Below are positions 25,240 to 30,071 of a stretch of DNA of 30,071 nucleotides, one piece after another (position 1 is the first letter of the stretch; each line of letters begins with the position of its first letter). Source of the DNA: Gemmatimonadota bacterium (GTDB lineage: Bacteria > Gemmatimonadota > Gemmatimonadetes > Gemmatimonadales > GWC2-71-9); assembly GCA_039586365.1 (NCBI GenBank), contig JBDHKN010000061.1, positions 1 to 30,071 on the forward strand. Reading direction: 5' to 3'. Under the pieces are notes generated by a model. The model ran no database searches. It saw only the letters and a list, made by a program, of their open reading frames with translations, and had not been told where the DNA came from. Made by a program: the position numbers and the translations under genes.

Positions 25240-26979
25240 TCAGGTTTCGCGCAAGTACTGGTGCACGTACATCACCGCCATCGAACCTTCCCCAACGGCT
25301 GATGCCACGCGCTTGACGGACCCGGCGCGAACATCGCCAGCCACAAAGACCCCGGGCACATTCGTTTCTAGCATGCCGGGGATGCGCAGCGCCAGGGTAC
25401 TCTTCGAGATCCTCCAGCTCACCCGCCCCGACGGGCGTCGCGCCACGACCGTCGCTCGGCGCTGTGGTGCGGATCCGTCGGCAGTCGTGGGACTCGGGGC
25501 GATCGCATCGGCACCGGACAGCACGAACCCGTGCTCATCCCGGGCGACGATTTCACCGAGCCAATCAGTGCGTGGCTCCGCCCCGATGAAGATAAAGAGC
25601 GCGGCGGCTTCGACCGTCTCCGATCGTTGTCCCCCCTCACGCGTCACCACGAGGTGCGTTAGACGGTCCGTCCCGATGGCTTCCTGAACCTCACTCTCGG
25701 TCCAGACGCGAATGTTCGTGGTTCCCTGTATCTGGTCAATGAGGTACTGCGACATGCTCTGGGCCAGCGACGGTCCGCGTACCAGCATCGTGACGGTCTT
25801 CGCGAACCGCGAGAAGTACATCGCGGCCTGGCCGGCGGAGTTGGCTCCACCAACAACGTAGACATCCTGGTCCCGTACGGACTCGCCTTCGCCCAGCGCT
25901 GCCCCGTAATAGACTCCCGCACCGGTCAAGGCCGAAATGCCGTCGGCCTGCAGGTCCCGGTAGGACACACCGGTCGCGATCAGCACTGCTCGGCTGTTCA
26001 AGGTCGTCCCGTCTTCCAGTGTGATCACGCTAGTCGGCCCGTCGACATCCAGCCCCACGACCCGTCGAGTGGTCAGGATCTCCACGCCAAAGCGCCGAGC
26101 CTGAGTGACGGCGCGCCGTGCCAACTCACCCCCTGATATGCCGGCAGGGAATCCCAGGTAGTTTTCGATACGCGAGCTCATCCCCGCCTGCCCACCCGGC
26201 GCCTCCTGCTCTACCACGAGCGTACGAAGCCCCTCGGACGCCCCGTAGACGGCCGCCGCGAGACCGGCTGGTCCCGCCCCGACCACGAGAAGATCGTAGA
26301 GCGGCTGATCCGCGATGGTCTGGATGCCAATCCGGTCCGCGATCGCACGGTTCGACGGATTGGCCAGCTGCGTCCCGTCGGTGAAGAACAGTAGCGGCAA
26401 CGCCGGCTCGGTGTCCTCGACCATGTCCAGCAGTTCCTGCGCCTCGCCGTTCGACACGATGTCCATCCACACATACGGGACGTGGTTCCTCGCCAGGAAG
26501 TCCTTGACACGATGGGAGTCCGGCGTCCACTGGTGGCCTACCAACCTGATGCCGTCGAACGGGGGCTGGTGCACCATCTGCCAGTCGTCGAGCAAGTCCG
26601 AGAGCACGGGATAGAGCTTGTCCTCAGGCGGGTCCCATGGCTTGAGGAGGTAGTGGTCCACTTGCACTTGGTTGATGGCCGTGATGGCCGCGTCCGTGTC
26701 GGCGTACGCCGTGAGCAGCACGCGCCGGGCATCGGGGTAGAGGGAACTCGCTCTCTCCAGGAACTCCAGCCCCGTCATGTTCGGCATGCGCTGATCGACC
26801 AGGAGCAGGGCCGGCACCTGGCCGCGACGCTTCCATCCGGCGAGCAGTTCGAGGGCCGCATGACCCGAATCGGCCCGGGCGATACGGTACTCCGCCCCGT
26901 ACTTGGTGCGCAGGTCCCGCTCGACGGCGCGAAGGACGTGGGGATCGTCATCGAGCGTGAGGATGATGGGCTTCGACAT
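25240..26979 (-). CDS. Response-regulator receiver + glutaredoxin-like + thioredoxin-reductase-like FAD/NAD(P)H oxidoreductase fusion
   Basis: REC: DDD, phosphoacceptor 'LVDQRMP' (D62), 'LLTAYA', 'LLKPW'; FAD site 'GAGPAGL', 'IENYLGFP', NAD(P)H site 'GGANSAG', 'GVFVAGDV', 'AVGEGS'. Confidence 0.93.
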   Translation of the reverse strand: MSKPIILTLDDDPHVLRAVERDLRTKYGAEYRIARADSGHAALELLAGWKRRGQVPALLLVDQRMPNMTGLEFLERASSLYPDARRVLLTAYADTDAAITAINQVQVDHYLLKPWDPPEDKLYPVLSDLLDDWQMVHQPPFDGIRLVGHQWTPDSHRVKDFLARNHVPYVWMDIVSNGEAQELLDMVEDTEPALPLLFFTDGTQLANPSNRAIADRIGIQTIADQPLYDLLVVGAGPAGLAAAVYGASEGLRTLVVEQEAPGGQAGMSSRIENYLGFPAGISGGELARRAVTQARRFGVEILTTRRVVGLDVDGPTSVITLEDGTTLNSRAVLIATGVSYRDLQADGISALTGAGVYYGAALGEGESVRDQDVYVVGGANSAGQAAMYFSRFAKTVTMLVRGPSLAQSMSQYLIDQIQGTTNIRVWTESEVQEAIGTDRLTHLVVTREGGQRSETVEAAALFIFIGAEPRTDWLGEIVARDEHGFVLSGADAIAPSPTTADGSAPQRRATVVARRPSGRVSWRISKSTLALRIPGMLETNVPGVFVAGDVRAGSVKRVASAVGEGSMAVMYVHQYLRET

Positions 26980-27042
26980 GTGCTATCCCGAGTGAATTTG
27001 TTGGCACCATTCGGATCGGACGGAACGAGAACCGCGGCCAGG

Positions 27043-28485
27043 TCATCCCCCGATCCTGTCCTCAATGGGATGGCTGACCTCGGTGGGCACAGGCTGCTCC
27101 ACCGCGAGTGTCGCGCGAAACTCGGTCCGGCCCGGACGGGATTGGACAGCTATGTCACCACGGTACCGGCGCAGGAGCCGACGGGTGATGTCCAGGCCGA
27201 GGCCCGTACCCTGTCCGGGAGGCTTGGTGGTGAAGAACGGATCGAAGATCCGGGTCATGATGTCTGGGGGGATTCCCGGTCCATCGTCCACCACGCGGAC
27301 CACGACCCGGTCCAGCTCCCTGTATGCGCTGATGCCGACGCTTCCCAACCCGGCAATCGCGTCAAGCGCATTATCGATCAGGTTCAACCACACCTGGTTG
27401 AGTTCGCTGCCGGTCGCGTACACGGATGGGAGGTCCGGCTCGACATCGAGCGTGATGGCGGCACCCTTTGACTTCGCCTTCGCAGCCACGACCCTGATGG
27501 TGTCGCGCAGCCCAGCTTCCACGTCTACCGGTTCGGGCCCGGCCAGACTGTCCATGTACGTGAATCGCTTGACGGCGGCCACGAGCTCGTGGATCCGGGT
27601 CGCGGCCTGCTCGATATCGAGGGCGAGCGAGTGCGTCGCGCACCCGGCGGCGATCCAGCCGAGCGCGGCGTCGAGCGTGTTGCCCGATGTCGCGTTGGCC
27701 AGTGTATCGAGCGCGTCGATGGTGACTACCGTGCCGGCGAGCGGCTCCGCGTGCGCCGGATCCAACTGGTGGCGCACGAGCCAGTCGGCGATCTCGTCCT
27801 CGCGGTCCGCCTGTTGGATGGGCGACAGCACGGTACCGACGGGCTGCGCCAGGCAGGCGGAGCGCAACTGATCGATGGTACCGAACAGCTCGTCGCTCAA
27901 GCCGGCGGCGCCGAGCGCCCGCGACGCGGCATCCGCCTGGGCCAGGACCGCCAGGAGTTGCTTGGCGCCGCGCACCGTGGCGGACGCCGGGTTGTTGAGC
28001 TCGTGGGCCAGGCCCGCCGCCAGTTTGCCGAGCGATATCATCTTTTCGTCCTGCAGATCGCTGGTGTTGAAGCTGCGCGCGCGGTCGAGCATGAGGTGCA
28101 CGGTGTACGCGGTGAACACAGGGCACCGGTAGATCATCTCCGGAAAGTGGTCCTCGTGGACTGCTAGGACTTCGGTCGTCTCCTCGAGGTAGTTGTCACC
28201 CGGCGGTCCCTTCATTCGGGAGTAAGGTAGCATGCCGCTGACTTCGCCAGTGCGCCATCCCATTACGAGCCGGGGCCCTGCTCCCCGATCCACCCGCACG
28301 GCGACGTGGCCGGAGAGGATGATAAAGAGTCTCTCGACACGCTTGTCCTTGGGAGAGAGCACCGTACCAGCTTCGTGCACCTCGAGGTGGCCGTGAGCCG
28401 CAAGCCACTCCAGCTCCGCACGGGGGATTTCCCCCAAATTGGTCAGGCTCGCCAGGCGGTCGACGAGAGAGGTGGTTCCGGTCAT
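27043..28485 (-). CDS. Cytoplasmic sensor histidine kinase with N-terminal cyclic-nucleotide-binding-like domain
   Basis: cNMP-like 'LFIILSGHVAV...GEVSGMLPYSR'; H-box 'GLAHELNNP'; N-box 'NQVWLNLIDNALDA'; 'DDGPGIP', 'FDPFFTTK', 'GTGLGL'; no TM segment. Confidence 0.93.
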   Translation of the reverse strand: MTGTTSLVDRLASLTNLGEIPRAELEWLAAHGHLEVHEAGTVLSPKDKRVERLFIILSGHVAVRVDRGAGPRLVMGWRTGEVSGMLPYSRMKGPPGDNYLEETTEVLAVHEDHFPEMIYRCPVFTAYTVHLMLDRARSFNTSDLQDEKMISLGKLAAGLAHELNNPASATVRGAKQLLAVLAQADAASRALGAAGLSDELFGTIDQLRSACLAQPVGTVLSPIQQADREDEIADWLVRHQLDPAHAEPLAGTVVTIDALDTLANATSGNTLDAALGWIAAGCATHSLALDIEQAATRIHELVAAVKRFTYMDSLAGPEPVDVEAGLRDTIRVVAAKAKSKGAAITLDVEPDLPSVYATGSELNQVWLNLIDNALDAIAGLGSVGISAYRELDRVVVRVVDDGPGIPPDIMTRIFDPFFTTKPPGQGTGLGLDITRRLLRRYRGDIAVQSRPGRTEFRATLAVEQPVPTEVSHPIEDRIGG

Positions 28486-28572
28486 GGCTGGCAAAGATAG
28501 AGTGCGCCGCGCGAATAGGCGAGAATACGAGTTGGATTTGGCGAGCTATCGGGGCGCCCGTGACCATGACGT

Positions 28573-28656
28573 CTCGACGCCGTAAGCCAACTCGGCACTG
28601 AGGACATCCGCAACACCCAAGAGATCTGGACGGTCATCAAGGACGGCGGCATCCTC
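28573..28656 (+). pseudogene. 3' remnant of an amidohydrolase-family gene
   Basis: In-frame 'LDAVSQLGTEDIRNTQEIWTVIKDGGIL' resembles the amidohydrolase C-terminal motif 'LDADPLEDIRNT..I..V.K.G'; stop upstream, no start codon. Confidence 0.55.
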
Positions 28657-28714
28657 CATAGCGGTGGGCCAGGGGATGTTGCGGCTGTGGCAGTCTCCGT
28701 GTGTCAGACCGGTG

Positions 28715-30071
28715 TCACCCCCTCGGCCTCACCAATTCTCGGAACGGCGGGTAGTCGCGGACGGACTCGAACGCAATCCAGACAAAGTCCCATGGGCTCG
28801 GGTATGTCGTCCCTCGTGCGGATGCCAGTCTGAAAAGCGCCACGGCATTCTCGCCATCGCCGAGTGCTCCGGCAATCATCGATCGCCACATCGTGTGGCT
28901 TCCCCTCAGATGGGGCCTATCCAATGCCTCGAGCCATTGCGAGATCTCGAGAGCCTCGTCCCGATCTCCCCGACATGCAGCGAGGACTCCGACCGGACCC
29001 CGATGGTGGAAGTCTTGCGGGAATTCCTCCACCAGTGACCTCACGACACTGTAAGCCTCGTCGCAGCGGTCAGCGACGTACAGCGCCCATGCATAGGACC
29101 GACGCCACGCTGCGCTTGATTTCGTCTCCGGCAGCCTGGCGTCGAACCACTGTATTCCCCGGTCTACCGTGCTTTGTGCAGCATCGCTGAGCCCCAGACG
29201 GCGCTCATACAGAGCGACACTCAGAATCGCGTCCCCCTGGCTCAGACCCTGTTCGGGCAAGGCGGTTAGATCGTCGAGCAGCGCGTTGACCTCCACGACG
29301 CGCCCCAACGCCGCAAGAGCGGCAGCCTCATTTGTGAGTGTCGCAAGATCATCACCATATGTCTCGCGATACTGCTGCGCCGCCTCCAGCGCTCGCTCGT
29401 GCTCGTCTAGCGCCGAATACGCCGCAATGAGCTGCTCGAAGTAGGGCCTCCACCCCCGCATCGGCCCCCGTTCAGGATCGAGGGTCAGCAGTGCATCAAC
29501 GGCTTCCCGCGGACGGTTGTTGTGCAGCGCTTGACGCGCCCAGTTGTATACGGCCTTGGAGCCCGGCGCGAGTTCTGCTGCGCGCCGAATGGCCCTGAGT
29601 GCTGCCGGATTGTCACCCTTCCCTCGTGCCCTCAGGTAGTCCAGCCAGTGCCTGTCGTACGCGCTCAACCGGTCCCAGAAGCGTTCGACAATTGCTACCA
29701 GTGAGTCCGCCGCCGACCACTGACCGATGTTGTTGTGAACGAGAGTCGCGTAGAACAGGGGGATCACGAAGCTGGTATCGAGCGCGAATGCTCGGTAGAA
29801 ATGTGGAATCGCGTTTGCGTCATGAGCCGACAACAGGTAAAGCTGAAGACCCTCATCAAACGCCTGATATGCCTGCAGCGTTGGTGGCGCGCTCACGCTT
29901 CTGGCTGCCGTGGCCAGACGCTCGTCAAACGAGACAGCGAGGAGACCCATCACCCGCTGCATCATCGGTTCAATGGCATCGTCAGGCGAGTCGAGCGGAG
30001 CGATCTCGGGATCTAAAGCACCGAGGCTGCGCGCCCGGGTCACGTCGGTCACCTCGACCTGATACTGGATC
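28715..30071 (-). CDS. TPR-repeat protein, C-terminal part (probably TolB-like/TPR portion of a Ser/Thr kinase- or SARP-type protein); 5' end outside the window
   Basis: Frame open to the window edge; 'PPTLQAYQAFDEG', 'AIPHFYRAFALDTSF', 'RRAAELAPGS', many helical repeats; typical C-terminus 'RDYPPFRELVRPRG'. Confidence 0.8.
   Translation of the reverse strand, partial: IQYQVEVTDVTRARSLGALDPEIAPLDSPDDAIEPMMQRVMGLLAVSFDERLATAARSVSAPPTLQAYQAFDEGLQLYLLSAHDANAIPHFYRAFALDTSFVIPLFYATLVHNNIGQWSAADSLVAIVERFWDRLSAYDRHWLDYLRARGKGDNPAALRAIRRAAELAPGSKAVYNWARQALHNNRPREAVDALLTLDPERGPMRGWRPYFEQLIAAYSALDEHERALEAAQQYRETYGDDLATLTNEAAALAALGRVVEVNALLDDLTALPEQGLSQGDAILSVALYERRLGLSDAAQSTVDRGIQWFDARLPETKSSAAWRRSYAWALYVADRCDEAYSVVRSLVEEFPQDFHHRGPVGVLAACRGDRDEALEISQWLEALDRPHLRGSHTMWRSMIAGALGDGENAVALFRLASARGTTYPSPWDFVWIAFESVRDYPPFRELVRPRG

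Noticed and set aside
25240..26979. Calling the gene trxB
   Set aside because: No CxxC and no cysteine at all, plus a REC fusion; it cannot be a canonical thioredoxin reductase.
1..30071. CRISPR array, tRNA/rRNA, transposase or prophage genes
   Set aside because: No regularly spaced repeats, RNA-gene signatures or mobile-element motifs were seen by eye.

Overview
A GC-rich bacterial accessory region. The gene content (two PadR + orphan duplicated ABC-permease modules, a TolB-like/TPR protein, many exported peptidases) suggests Gemmatimonadota or an Acidobacteriota-like lineage; this is an inference. About 20 intact CDS are present. They include five exported or lipoprotein peptidases (Tat-exported C45 Ntn-hydrolase, two S41, S9A prolyl oligopeptidase, M1-like gluzincin), a beta-barrel paired with an S41 lipoprotein, and two PadR/MacB-FtsX permease operons, each with a palindromic operator on its promoter. 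There is also a MocR/GabR regulator whose TTGTCA-N3-TGACAA palindrome sits both on its own start codon and upstream of a phzF-ahpD-like-cupin gene run, and a cNMP-domain histidine kinase paired with a REC-Grx-like-TrxB-like flavoprotein that contains no cysteine. A nonsense-interrupted FG-GAP gene and several gene scraps point to frequent rearrangement. No rRNA, tRNA, CRISPR array, transposase or convincing integron attC site was seen. Family assignments are by eye from motifs, not database searches.
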